64,000 nt of DNA from Eledone cirrhosa (taxonomy: Eukaryota). Below, piece after piece: positions 15,001-30,000 of the stretch (the first letter of the stretch is position 1; the number at the start of each line of letters is the position of its first letter). The translations under genes were made by a program, and so were the position numbers. Below the pieces are notes generated by a model. It was not told the origin of the DNA, made no database searches, and saw only the letters and a program-made list of their open reading frames with translations. Location: contig OZ024742.1 of assembly GCA_964016885.1 (NCBI GenBank), positions 371,194,001 to 371,258,000 of the forward strand. Reading direction: 5' to 3'.

Positions 15001-18000
15001 AGAAATATGGTAATGAAAGAGTTAATGACATAGACAGTGTCTTTCATTAGAAATATGGTAATGAAAGGGTTAATGACATAAACTGTCTTTCATTAGAAAT
15101 ATGGTAATGAAAGGGTTAATGACAGTGTCTTTCATTAGAAATATAGTAATGAAAGGGTTAATGACATAAACAGGGTCTTTCATTAGAAATATGGTAATGA
15201 AAGGGTTAATGACGGAAACGGTGTCTTTCATTAGAAATATGGTAATGAAAGGGTTAATGACATACAGTATCTTTCATTAGAAATATGGTAATGAAAGCGT
15301 TAATGACATATACAGGGTCTTTCATTAGAAATATGGTAATGAAAGGGTTAATGATATAGACAGTGTCTTTCATTAGAAATATGGTAATGAAAGGGTTAAT
15401 GACATAGACAGTGTCTTTCATTAGAAATATGGTAATGAAAGGGTTAATGACATAAACTGTCTTTCATTAGAAATATGGTAATGAAAGGGTTAATGACAGT
15501 GTCTTTCATTAGAAATATGATAATGAAAGGGTTAATGACATAAACAGTGTCTTTCATTAGAAATATGGTAATGAAAGAGTTAATGACATAGACAGTGTCT
15601 TTCATTAGAAATATGGTAATGAAAGGGTTGATGACATAGACAGTGTCCTTCATTAGAAATATGGTAATGAAAAGGTTAATGACATAAACAGTGTCTTTCA
15701 TTAGTAATATGGTAATGAAAGGGTTAATGACATAGACAGTGTCTTTCGTTAGAAATATTGCAATGAAAGGGTTAATGAAATAGACAGTGTCTTTCGTTAG
15801 AAATATTGCAATGAAAGGGTTAATGAAATAGACAGTGTCTTTCTTGAGAAATATGGTAATGAAAGGGTTAATGACATAAAGTGTCTTTCTTTAGAAATGT
15901 GTTAATGAAAGGGTTAATGACATAAACAGTCTCTTTCATTAGAAATATGGTAATGAAAGGGTTAATGACATAAACTGTCTTTCTTTAGAAATATGTTAAT
16001 GAAAGGGTTAATGACATAGACAGTGTCTTTCATTAGAAATATGGTAATGAAAGGGTTAATGACATAAACAGTGTCTTTCATTACAGATATGGAAATGAAA
16101 GGGTTAATGACATAAACTGTCTTTCATTAGAAATATGGTAATGAAAGGGTTATTGACAGTGTCTTTCATTAGAAATATGGTAATGAAAGGGTTAATGACA
16201 TAAACAGTGTCTTTCATTACAGATATGGAAATGAAAGGGTTAATGACATACTGTATCTTTCATTAGAAATATGGTAGTGAAAGCGTTAATGACATAAACA
16301 GGGTCTTTCATTAGAAATATGGTAATGAAAGGGTTAATGACAGAAACAGTGTCTTTCATTAGAAATATGGTAATGAAAGGGTTAATGACATAAACAGTGT
16401 TTTTCTTGAGAAATATGGTAATGAAAGGTTTAATGACATACAGGATATTTCATTAGAAATATGGTAATGAAAGGGTTAATGACATAAACAGGGTCTTTCA
16501 TTAGAAATATGGTAATGAAAGGGTTAATGATATAGACAGTGTCTTTCATTAGAAATATGGTAATGAAAAGGTTAATGACATAGACAGTGTCTTTCATTAG
16601 AAATATGGTAATGAAAGGGTTCATGACATAGGCAGTGTCTTTCATTAGAAATATGGTAATGAAAGAGTTAATGACATAGACAGTGTCCTTCATTAGAAAT
16701 ATGGTAATGAAAAGGTTAATGACATAAACGGTGTCTTTCATTAGTAATATGGTAATGAAAGAGTTAATGACATAGACAGTGTCTTTCATTAGAAATATGG
16801 TAATGAAAGGGTTAATGACATAAACTGTCTTTCATTAGAAATATGGTAATGAAAGGGTTATTGACAGTGTCTTTCATTAGAAATATGGTAATGAAAGGGT
16901 TAATGACATAAACAGGGTCTTTCATTAGAGATATGGTAATGAAAGGGTTAATGACATAAACAGGGTCTTTCATTAGAAATATGGTAATGAAAGGGTTAAT
17001 GACATAAACTGTCTTTCATTAGAAATATGGTAATGAAAGGGTTAATGACATAAACAGTGTCTTTCATTAGAAATATGGTAATGAAAGGGTTCATGACATA
17101 GACAGTGTCTTTCATTAGAAATATGGTAATGAAAGGGTTAATGACATAAACAGTGTCTTTCATTAGAAATATGGTACTGAAAGGGTTAATGACATAAACA
17201 GGGTCTTTCATTAGAAATATGGTAATGAAAGGGTTAATGATATAGACAGTGTCTTTCATAAGAAATATGGTTATGAAGGGTTAATGACATAAACAGTGTC
17301 TTTCATTAGAAATATAGTAATGAAAGGGTTAATGACATAGACAGTGTCTTTCATTAGAAATATGGTAATGAAAGGGTTAATGACATAAACTGTCTTTCAT
17401 TAGAAATATGGTAATGAAAGGGTTAATGACAGTGTCTTTCATTAGAAATATGGTAATGAAAGGGTTAATGACATAAACAGTTGTCTTTCATTAGAAATAT
17501 GGTAATGAAAGAGTTAATGACATAGACAGTGTCTTTCATTAGAAATATGGTAATGAAAGGGTTAATGACATAAACTGTCTTTCATTAGAAATATGGTAAT
17601 GAAAGGGTTAATGACATAAACAGGGTCTTTCATTAGAGATATGGTAATGAAAGAGTTAATGACATAAACAGGGTCTTTCATTAGAAATATGGTAATGAAA
17701 GGGTTAATGACATAAACTGTCTTTCATTAGAAATATGGTAATGAAAGGGTTAATGACATAGACAGTGTCTTTCATTAGAAATATGGTAATGAAAGGGTTA
17801 ATGACATAAACAGTGTCTTTCATTAGAAATATGGTAATGAAAGGGTTAATGACATAAACAGGGTCTTTCATTAGAAATATGGTAATGAAAGGGTTAATGA
17901 TATAGACAGTGTCTTTCATAAGAAATATGGTTATGAAGGGTTAATGACATAAACAGTGTCTTTCATTAGAAATATAGTAATGAAAGGGTTAATGACATAG

Positions 18001-21000
18001 ACAGTGTCTTTCATTAGAAATATGGTAATGAAAGGGTTAATGACATAAACTGTCTTTCATTAGAAATATGGTAATGAAAGGGTTAATGACAGTCTTTCAT
18101 TAGAAATATGGTAATGAAAGGGTTAATGACATAAACAGTTGTCTTTCATTAGAAATATGATAATGAAAGAGTTAATGACATAGACAGTGTCTTTCATTAG
18201 AAATATGGTAATGAAAGGGTTAATGACATAAACTGTCTTTCATTAGAAATATGGTAATGAAAGGGTTAATGACATAAACAGGGTCTTTCATTAGAAATAT
18301 GGTAATGAAAGGGTTAATGACATACAGTATCTTTCATTAGAAATATGGTAATGAAAGCGTTAATGACATAAACAGGGTCTTTCATTAGAAATATGGTAAT
18401 GAAAGGGTTAATGATATAGACAGTGTCTTTCATTAGAAATATGGTAATGAAAGGGTTATTGACAGTGTCCTTTCATTAGAAATATGGTAATGAAAGGGTT
18501 AATGACATAAACAGTTGTCTTTCATTAGAAATATGGTAATGAAAGAGTTAATGACATAGACAGTGTCTTTCATTAGAAATATGGTAATGAAAGAGTTAAT
18601 GACATAGACAGTGACTTTCATAAGAAATATGGTTATGAAGGGTTAATGACATAAACAGTGTCTTTCATTAGAAATATGGTAATGAAAGAGTTAATGACAT
18701 AGACAGTGTCTTTCATTAGAAATATGGTAATGAAAGGGTTAATGACATAAACTGTCTTTCATTAGAAATATGGTAATGAAAGGGTTAATGACAGTGTCTT
18801 TCATTAGAAATATGATAATGAAAGGGTTAATGACATAAACAGTGTCTTTCATTAGAAATATGGTAATGAAAGAGTTAATGACATAGACAGTGTCTTTCAT
18901 TAGAAATATGGTAATGAAAGGGTTAATGACATAAACTGTCTTTCATTAGAAATATGGTAATGAAAGGGTTAATGACAGTGTCTTTCATTAGAAATATGAT
19001 AATGAAAGGGTTAATGACATAAACAGTGTCTTTCATTAGAAATATGGTAATGAAAGAGTTAATGACATAGACAGTGTCTTTCATTAGAAATATGGTAATG
19101 AAAGGGTTGATGACATAGACAGTGTCCTTCATTAGAAATATGGTAATGAAAAGGTTAATGACATAAACAGTGTCTTTCATTAGTAATATGGTAATGAAAG
19201 GGTTAATGACATAGACAGTGTCTTTCGTTAGAAATATGGTAATGAAAGGGTTCATGACATAGACAGTGTCTTTCATTAGAAATATGGTAATGAAAGGGTT
19301 AATGACATAAACAGTGTCTTTCATTAGAAATATGGTAATGAAAGGGTTAATGACATAAACAGGGTCTTTCATTAGAAATATGGTAATGAAAGGGTTAATG
19401 ATATAGACAGTGTCTTTCATAAGAAATATGGTTATGAAGGGTTAATGACATAAACAGTGTCTTTCATTAGAAATATAGTAATGAAAGGGTTAATGACATA
19501 GACAGTGTCTTTCATTAGAAATATGGTAATGAAAGGGTTAATGACATAAACTGTCTTTCATTAGAAATATGGTAATGAAAGGGTTAATGACAGTGTCTTT
19601 CATTAGAAATATGGTAATGAAAGGGTTAATGATATAAACAGTTGTCTTTCATTAGAAATATGATAATGAAAGAGTTAATGACATAGACAGTGTCTTTCAT
19701 TAGAAATATGGTAATGAAAGGGTTAATGACATAAACAGGGTCTTTCGTTAGAAATATGGCAATGAAAGCGTTAATGAAATAGACAGTCTTTCTTGAGAAA
19801 TATGGTAATGAAAGGGTTAATGACATAAAGTGTCTTTCTTGAGAAATATGGTAATGAAAGGGTTAATGACATAAACTGTCTTTCATTAGAAATATGGTAA
19901 TGAAAGGGTTATTGACAGTGTCTTTCATTAGAAATATGGTAATGAAAGGGTTAATGACATAAACAGGGTCTTTCATTAGAGATATGGTAATGAAAGGGTT
20001 AATGACATAAACAGGGTCTTTCATTAGAAATATGGTAATGAAAGGGTTAATGACATAAACTGTCTTTCATTAGAAATATGGTAATGAAAGGGTTAATGAC
20101 ATAAACAGTGTCTTTCATTAGAAATATGGTAATGAAAGGGTTCATGACATAGACAGTGTCTTTCATTAGAGATATGGTAATGAAAGGGTTAATGACATAA
20201 ACAGTGTCTTTCATTAGAAATATGGTAATGAAAGGGTTAATGACATAAACAGGGTCTTTCATTAGAAATATGGTAATGAAAGGGTTAATGATATAGACAG
20301 TGTCTTTCATAAGAAATATGGTTATGAAGGGTTAATGACATAAACAGTGTCTTTCATTAGAAATATAGTAATGAAAGGGTTCATGACATAGACAGTGTCT
20401 TTCATTAGAAATATAGTAATGAAAGGGTTCATGACATAGACAGTGTCTTTCATTAGAAATATGGTAATGAAAGGGTTAATGACATAAACAGTGTCTTTCA
20501 TTAGAAATATGGTAATGAAAGGGTTAATGACAGTGTCTTTCATTAGAAATATGGTAATGAAAGGGTTAATGACAGTGTCTTTCATTAGAAATATGGTAAT
20601 GAAAGGGTTAATGACATAAACAGTTGTCTTTCATTAGAAATATGGTAATGAATGAGTTAATGACATAGACAGTGTCTTTCATTAGAAATATGGTAATGAA
20701 AGGGTTAATGACATAAACTGTCTTTCATTAGAAATATGGTAATGAAAGGGTTAATGACATAAACAGGGTCTTTCATTAGAAATATGGTAATGAAAGGGTT
20801 AATGATATAGACAGTGTCTTTCATTAGAAATATGGTAATGAAAGGGTTTATGACATAGACAGTGTCTTTCATTAGAAATATGGTAATGAAAGGGTTAATG
20901 ACATAAACAGCGTCTTTCATTAGAAATATGGTAATGAAAGGGTTAATGATATAGACAGTGTCTTTCATTAGAAATATGATAATGAAAGGGTTAATGACAT

Positions 21001-24000
21001 AAACTGTCTTTCATTAGAAATATGGTAATGAAAGGGTTAATGACAGTGTCTTTCATTAGAAATATGGTAATGAAAGAGTTAATGACATAGACAGTGTCTT
21101 TCATTAGAAATATGGTAATGAAAGGGTTAATGACATAAACTGTCTTTCATTAGAAATATGGTAATGAAAGGGTTAATGACATAAACAGTCTTTCATTAGA
21201 AATATGGTAATGAAAGGGTTAATGACATAAACAGTCTTTCATTACAAATATGGTAATGAAAGGGTTCATGACATAAACAGGGTCTTACATTAGAAATATG
21301 GTAATGAAAGGGTTCATGACATAGACAGTGTCTTTCATTAGAAATATGGTAATGAAAGGGTTAATGACATAAACAGTGTCTTTCATTAGAAATATGGTAA
21401 TGAAAGGGTTAATGACATAAACAGTGTCTTTCATTAGAAATATGGTAATGAAAGGGGTAATGATATGGTCAGTGTCTTTCATTAGAAATATAGTAATGAA
21501 AGGGTTAATGACATAAACAGGGTCTTTCATTAGAAATATGATAATGAAAGGGTTAATGGCAGTGTCTTTCATTAGAAATATGGTAATGAAAGGGTTAATG
21601 AAATAAACAGTTGTCTTTCATTAGAAATATGGTAATGAAAGAGTTAATGACATAGACAGTGTCTTTCATTAGAAATATGGTAATGAAAGGGTTAATGACA
21701 TAAACTGTCTTTCATTAGAAATATGGTAATGAAAGGGTTAATGACGGAAACGGTGTCTTTCATTAGAAATATGGTAATGAAAGGGTTAATGACATACAGT
21801 ATCTTTCATTAGAAATATGGTAATGAAAGCGTTAATGACATATACAGGGTCTTTCATTAGAAATATGGTAATGAAAGGGTTAATGATATAGACAGTGTCT
21901 TTCATTAGAAATATGGTAATGAAAGGGTTAATGACATAGACAGTGTCTTTCATTAGAAATATGGTAATGAAAGGGTTAATGACATAAACTGTCTTTCATT
22001 AGAAATATGGTAATGAAAGGGTTAATGACAGTGTCTTTCATTAGAAATATGATAATGAAAGGGTTAATGACATAAACTGTCTTTCATTAGAAATATGGTA
22101 ATGAAAGGGTTAATGACAGTGTCTTTCATTAGAAATATGGTAATGAAAGGGTTAATGACATAAACTGTCTTTCATTAGAAATATGGTAATGAAAGGGTTA
22201 ATGACAGTGTCTTTCATTAGAAATATGGTAATGAAAGGGTTAATGACATAGACAGTGTCTTTCATTAGAAATATGGTAATGAAAGGGTTAATGACATAAA
22301 CTGTCTTTCATTAGAAATATGGTAATGAAAGGGTTATTGACATAAACTGTCTTTCATTAGAAATATGGTAATGAAAGGGTTAATGACAGTGTCTTTCATT
22401 AGAAATATGATAATGAAAGGGTTAATGACATAGACAGTGTCTTTCATTAGAAATATGGTAATGAAAGGGTTGATGACATAGACAGTGTCCTTCATTAGAA
22501 ATATGGTAATGAAAAGGTTAATGACATAAACAGTGTCTTTCATTAGTAATATGGTAATGAAAGGGTTAATGACATAAACAGTTGTCTTTCATTAGAAATA
22601 TGGTAATGAAAGAGTTAATGACATAGACAGTGTCTTTCATTAGAAATATGGTAATGAAAGGGTTAATGACATAAACTGTCTTTCATTAGAAATATGGTAA
22701 TGAAAGGGTTAATGACAGTGTCTTTCATTAGAAATATGATAATGAAAGGGTTAATGACATAAACAGTGTCTTTCATTAGAAATATGGTAATGAAAGAGTT
22801 AATGACATAGACAGTGTCTTTCATTAGAAATATGGTAATGAAAGGGTTGATGACATAGACAGTGTCCTTCATTAGAAATATGGTAATGAAAAGGTTAATG
22901 ACATAAACAGTGTCTTTCATTAGTAATATGGTAATGAAAGGGTTAATGACATAGACAGTGTCTTTCGTTAGAAATATTGCAATGAAAGGGTTAATGAAAT
23001 AGACAGTGTCTTTCGTTAGAAATATTGCAATGAAAGGGTTAATGAAATAGACAGTGTCTTTCTTGAGAAATATGGTAATGAAAGGGTTAATGACATAAAC
23101 TGTCTTTCATTAGAAATATGGTAATGAAAGGGTTAATGACAGTGTCTTTCATTAGAAATATGATAATGAAAGGGTTAATGACATAAACAGTGTCTTTCAT
23201 TAGAAATATGGTAATGAAAGAGTTAATGACATAGACAGTGTCTTTCATTAGAAATATGGTAATGAAAGGGTTGATGACATAGACAGTGTCCTTCATTAGA
23301 AATATGGTAATGAAAAGGTTAATGACATAAACAGTGTCTTTCATTAGTAATATGGTAATGAAAGGGTTAATGACATAGACAGTGTCTTTCGTTAGAAATA
23401 TGGTAATGAAAGGGTTCATGACATAGACAGTGTCTTTCATTAGAAATATGGTAATGAAAGGGTTAATGACATAAACAGTGTCTTTCATTAGAAATATGGT
23501 AATGAAAGGGTTAATGACATAAACAGGGTCTTTCATTAGAAATATGGTAATGAAAGGGTTAATGATATAGACAGTGTCTTTCATAAGAAATATGGTTATG
23601 AAGGGTTAATGACATAAACAGTGTCTTTCATTAGAAATATAGTAATGAAAGGGTTAATGACATAGACAGTGTCTTTCATTAGAAATATGGTAATGAAAGG
23701 GTTAATGACATAAACTGTCTTTCATTAGAAATATGGTAATGAAAGGGTTAATGACAGTGTCTTTCATTAGAAATATGGTAATGAAAGGGTTAATGATATA
23801 AACAGTTGTCTTTCATTAGAAATATGATAATGAAAGAGTTAATGACATAGACAGTGTCTTTCATTAGAAATATGGTAATGAAAGGGTTAATGACATAAAC
23901 AGGGTCTTTCGTTAGAAATATGGCAATGAAAGCGTTAATGAAATAGACAGTCTTTCTTGAGAAATATGGTAATGAAAGGGTTAATGACATAAAGTGTCTT

Positions 24001-27000
24001 TCTTGAGAAATATGGTAATGAAAGGGTTAATGACATAAACTGTCTTTCATTAGAAATATGGTAATGAAAGGGTTATTGACAGTGTCTTTCATTAGAAATA
24101 TGGTAATGAAAGGGTTAATGACATAAACAGGGTCTTTCATTAGAGATATGGTAATGAAAGGGTTAATGACATAAACAGGGTCTTTCATTAGAAATATGGT
24201 AATGAAAGGGTTAATGACATAAACAGTGTCTTTCATTAGAAATATGGTAATGAAAGGGTTCATGACATAGACAGTGTCTTTCATTAGAGATATGGTAATG
24301 AAAGGGTTAATGACATAAACAGTGTCTTTCATTAGAAATATGGTAATGAAAGGGTTAATGACATAAACAGGGTCTTTCATTAGAAATATGGTAATGAAAG
24401 GGTTAATGATATAGACAGTGTCTTTCATAAGAAATATGGTTATGAAGGGTTAATGACATAAACAGTGTCTTTCATTAGAAATATAGTAATGAAAGGGTTC
24501 ATGACATAGACAGTGTCTTTCATTAGAAATATAGTAATGAAAGGGTTCATGACATAGACAGTGTCTTTCATTAGAAATATGGTAATGAAAGGGTTAATGA
24601 CATAAACAGTGTCTTTCATTAGAAATATGGTAATGAAAGGGTTAATGACAGTGTCTTTCATTAGAAATATGGTAATGAAAGGGTTAATGACAGTGTCTTT
24701 CATTAGAAATATGGTAATGAAAGGGTTAATGACATAAACAGTTGTCTTTCATTAGAAATATGGTAATGAATGAGTTAATGACATAGACAGTGTCTTTCAT
24801 TAGAAATATGGTAATGAAAGGGTTAATGACATAAACTGTCTTTCATTAGAAATATGGTAATGAAAGGGTTAATGACATAAACAGGGTCTTTCATTAGAAA
24901 TATGGTAATGAAAGGGTTAATGATATAGACAGTGTCTTTCATTAGAAATATGGTAATGAAAGGGTTTATGACATAGACAGTGTCTTTCATTAGAAATATG
25001 GTAATGAAAGGGTTAATGACATAAACAGCGTCTTTCATTAGAAATATGGTAATGAAAGGGTTAATGATATAGACAGTGTCTTTCATTAGAAATATGATAA
25101 TGAAAGGGTTAATGACATAAACTGTCTTTCATTAGAAATATGGTAATGAAAGGGTTAATGACAGTGTCTTTCATTAGAAATATGGTAATGAAAGAGTTAA
25201 TGACATAGACAGTGTCTTTCATTAGAAATATGGTAATGAAAGGGTTAATGACATAAACTGTCTTTCATTAGAAATATGGTAATGAAAGGGTTAATGACAT
25301 AAACAGTCTTTCATTAGAAATATGGTAATGAAAGGGTTAATGACATAAACAGTCTTTCATTACAAATATGGTAATGAAAGGGTTCATGACATAAACAGGG
25401 TCTTACATTAGAAATATGGTAATGAAAGGGTTCATGACATAGACAGTGTCTTTCATTAGAAATATGGTAATGAAAGGGTTAATGACATAAACAGTGTCTT
25501 TCATTAGAAATATGGTAATGAAAGGGTTAATGACATAAACAGTGTCTTTCATTAGAAATATGGTAATGAAAGGGGTAATGATATGGTCAGTGTCTTTCAT
25601 TAGAAATATAGTAATGAAAGGGTTAATGACATAAACAGGGTCTTTCATTAGAAATATGATAATGAAAGGGTTAATGACAGTGTCTTTCATTAGAAATATG
25701 GTAATGAAAGGGTTAATGAAATAAACAGTTGTCTTTCATTAGAAATATGGTAATGAAAGAGTTAATGACATAGACAGTGTCTTTCATTAGAAATATGGTA
25801 ATGAAAGGGTTAATGACATAAACTGTCTTTCATTAGAAATATGGTAATGAAAGGGTTAATGACAGTGTCTTTCATTAGAAATATAGTAATGAAAGGGTTA
25901 ATGACATAAACAGGGTCTTTCATTAGAAATATGGTAATGAAAGGGTTAATGACGGAAACGGTGTCTTTCATTAGAAATATGGTAATGAAAGGGTTAATGA
26001 CATACAGTATCTTTCATTAGAAATATGGTAATGAAAGCGTTAATGACATATACAGGGTCTTTCATTAGAAATATGGTAATGAAAGGGTTAATGATATAGA
26101 CAGTGTCTTTCATTAGAAATATGGTAATGAAAGGGTTAATGACATAGACAGTGTCTTTCATTAGAAATATGGTAATGAAAGGGTTAATGACAGTGTCTTT
26201 CATTAGAAATATGGTAATGAAAGGGTTAATGACATAAACTGTCTTTCATTAGAAATATGGTAATGAAAGGGTTAATGACAGTGTCTTTCATTAGAAATAT
26301 GGTAATGAAAGGGTTAATGACATAGACAGTGTCTTTCATTAGAAATATGGTAATGAAAGGGTTAATGACATAAACTGTCTTTCATTAGAAATATGGTAAT
26401 GAAAGGGTTATTGACATAAACTGTCTTTCATTAGAAATATGGTAATGAAAGGGTTAATGACAGTGTCTTTCATTAGAAATATGATAATGAAAGGGTTAAT
26501 GACATAGACAGTGTCTTTCATTAGAAATATGGTAATGAAAGGGTTGATGACATAGACAGTGTCCTTCATTAGAAATATGGTAATGAAAAGGTTAATGACA
26601 TAAACAGTGTCTTTCATTAGTAATATGGTAATGAAAGGGTTAATGACATAAACAGTTGTCTTTCATTAGAAATATGGTAATGAAAGAGTTAATGACATAG
26701 ACAGTGTCTTTCATTAGAAATATGGTAATGAAAGGGTTAATGACATAAACTGTCTTTCATTAGAAATATGGTAATGAAAGGGTTAATGACAGTGTCTTTC
26801 ATTAGAAATATGGTAATGAAAGGGTTAATGACATAGACAATGTCTTTCATTAGAAATATGGTAATGAAAGGGTTAATGACATAAACTGTCTTTCATTAGA
26901 AATATGGTAATGAAAGGGTTATTGACAGTGTCTTTCATTAGAAATATGGTAATGAAAGGGTTAATGACATAAACAGTGTCTTTCATTACAGATATGGAAA

Positions 27001-30000
27001 TGAAAGGGTTAATGACATACTGTATCTTTCATTAGAAATATAGTAATGAAAGCGTTAATGACATAAACAGGGTCTTTCATTAGAAATATGGTAATGAAAG
27101 GGTTAATGACAGAAACAGTGTCTTTCATTAGAAATATGGTAATGAAAGGGTTAATGACATAAACAGTGTTTTTCTTGAGAAATATGGTAATGAAAGGTTT
27201 AATGACATACAGGATATTTCATTAGAAATATGGTAATGAAAGGGTTAATGATATAGACAGTGTCTTTCATTAGAAATATGGTAATGAAAAGGTTAATGAC
27301 ATAGACAGTGTCTTTCATTAGAAATATGGTAATGAAAGGGTTCATGACATAGGCAGTGTCTTTCATTAGAAATATGGTAATGAAAGAGTTAATGACATAG
27401 ACAGTGTCCTTCATTAGAAATATGGTAATGAAAAGGTTAATGACATAAACGGTGTCTTTCATTAGTAATATGGTAATGAAAGAGTTAATGACATAGACAG
27501 TGTCTTTCATTAGAAATATGGTAATGAAAGGGTTAATGACATAAACTGTCTTTCATTAGAAATATGGTAATGAAAGGGTTATTGACAGTGTCTTTCATTA
27601 GAAATATGGTAATGAAAGGGTTAATGACATAAACAGGGTCTTTCATTAGAGATATGGTAATGAAAGGGTTAATGACATAAACAGGGTCTTTCATTAGAAA
27701 TATGGTAATGAAAGGGTTAATGACATAAACTGTCTTTCATTAGAAATATGGTAATGAAAGGGTTAATGACATAAACAGTGTCTTTCATTAGAAATATGGT
27801 AATGAAAGGGTTCATGACATAGACAGTGTCTTTCATTAGAAATATGGTAATGAAAGGGTTAATGACATAAACAGAGTCTTTCATTAGAAATATGGTACTG
27901 AAAGGGTTAATGACATAAACAGGGTCTTTCATTAGAAATATGGTAATGAAAGGGTTAATGATATAGACAGTGTCTTTCATAAGAAATATGGTTATGAAGG
28001 GTTAATGACATAAACAGTGTCTTTCATTAGAAATATAGTAATGAAAGGGTTAATGACATAGACAGTGTCTTTCATTAGAAATATGGTAATGAAAGGGTTA
28101 ATGACATAAACTGTCTTTCATTAGAAATATGGTAATGAAAGGGTTAATGACAGTGTCTTTCATTAGAAATATGGTAATGAAAGGGTTAATGACATAAACA
28201 GTTGTCTTTCATTAGAAATATGGTAATGAAAGAGTTAATGACATAGACAGTGTCTTTCATTAGAAATATGGTAATGAAAGGGTTAATGACATAAACTGTC
28301 TTTCATTAGAAATATGGTAATGAAAGGGTTAATGACATAAACAGGGTCTTTCATTAGAAATATGGTAATGAAAGGGTTAATGACATACAGTATCTTTCAT
28401 TAGAAATATGGTAATGAAAGGGTTAATGACATAAACAGGGTCCTTCATTAGAAATATGGTAATGAAAGGGTTAATGACATAAACAGTTGTCTTTCATTAG
28501 AAATATGGTAATGAAAGAGTTAATGACATAGACAGTGTCTTTCATTAGAAATATGGTAATGAAAGGGTTGATGACATAGACAGTGTCCTTCATTAGAAAT
28601 ATGGTAATGAAAAGGTTAATGACATAAACAGTGTCTTTCATTAGTAATATGGTAATGAAAGGGTTAATGACATAGACAGTGTCTTTCGTTAGAAATATTG
28701 CAATGAAAGGGTTAATGAAATAGACAGTGTCTTTCGTTAGAAATATTGCAATGAAAGGGTTAATGAAATAGACAGTGTCTTTCTTGAGAAATATGGTAAT
28801 GAAAGGGTTAATGACATAAAGTGTCTTTCTTTAGAAATGTGTTAATGAAAGGGTTAATGACATAAACAGTCTCTTTCATTAGAAATATGGTAATGAAAGG
28901 GTTAATGACATAAACTGTCTTTCTTTAGAAATATGATAATGAAAGGGTTAATGACATAAACAGTGTCTTTCATTAGAAATATGGTAATGAAAGAGTTAAT
29001 GACATAGACAGTGTCTTTCATTAGAAATATGGTAATGAAAGGGTTGATGACATAGACAGTGTCCTTCATTAGAAATATGGTAATGAAAAGGTTAATGACA
29101 TAAACAGTGTCTTTCATTAGTAATATGGTAATGAAAGGGTTAATGACATAGACATTGCCTTTCGTTAGAAATATGGTAATGAAAGGGTTCATGACATAGA
29201 CAGTGTCTTTCATTAGAAATATGGTAATGAAAGGGTTAATGACATAAACAGTGTCTTTCATTAGAAATATGGTAATGAAAGGGTTAATGACATAAACAGG
29301 GTCTTTCATTAGAAATATGGTAATGAAAGGGTTAATGATATAGACAGTGTCTTTCATAAGAAATATGGTTATGAAGGGTTAATGACATAAACAGTGTCTT
29401 TCATTAGAAATATAGTAATGAAAGGGTTAATGACATAGACAGTGTCTTTCATTAGAAATATGGTAATGAAAGGGTTAATGACAGTGTCTTTCATTAGAAA
29501 TATGGTAATGAAAGGGTTAATGACATAAACAGTTGTCTTTCATTAGAAATATGATAATGAAAGAGTTAATGACATAGACAGTGTCTTTCATTAGAAATAT
29601 GGTAATGAAAGGGTTAATGACATAAACTGTCTTTCATTAGAAATATGGTAATGAAAGGGTTAATGACATAAACAGGGTCTTTCATTAGAAATATGGTAAT
29701 GAAAGGGTTAATGACATACAGTATCTTTCATTAGAAATATGGTAATGAAAGCGTTAATGACATATACAGGGTCTTTCATTAGAAATATGGTAATGAAAGA
29801 GTTAATGACATAGACAGTGTCTTTCATTAGAAATATGGTAATGAAAGGGTTAATGACAGTGTCTTTCATTAGAAATATGATAATGAAAGGGTTAATGACA
29901 TAAACAGTGTCTTTCATTAGAAATATGGTAATGAAAGAGTTAATGACATAGACAGTGTCTTTCATTAGAAATATGGTAATGAAAGGGTTGATGACATAGA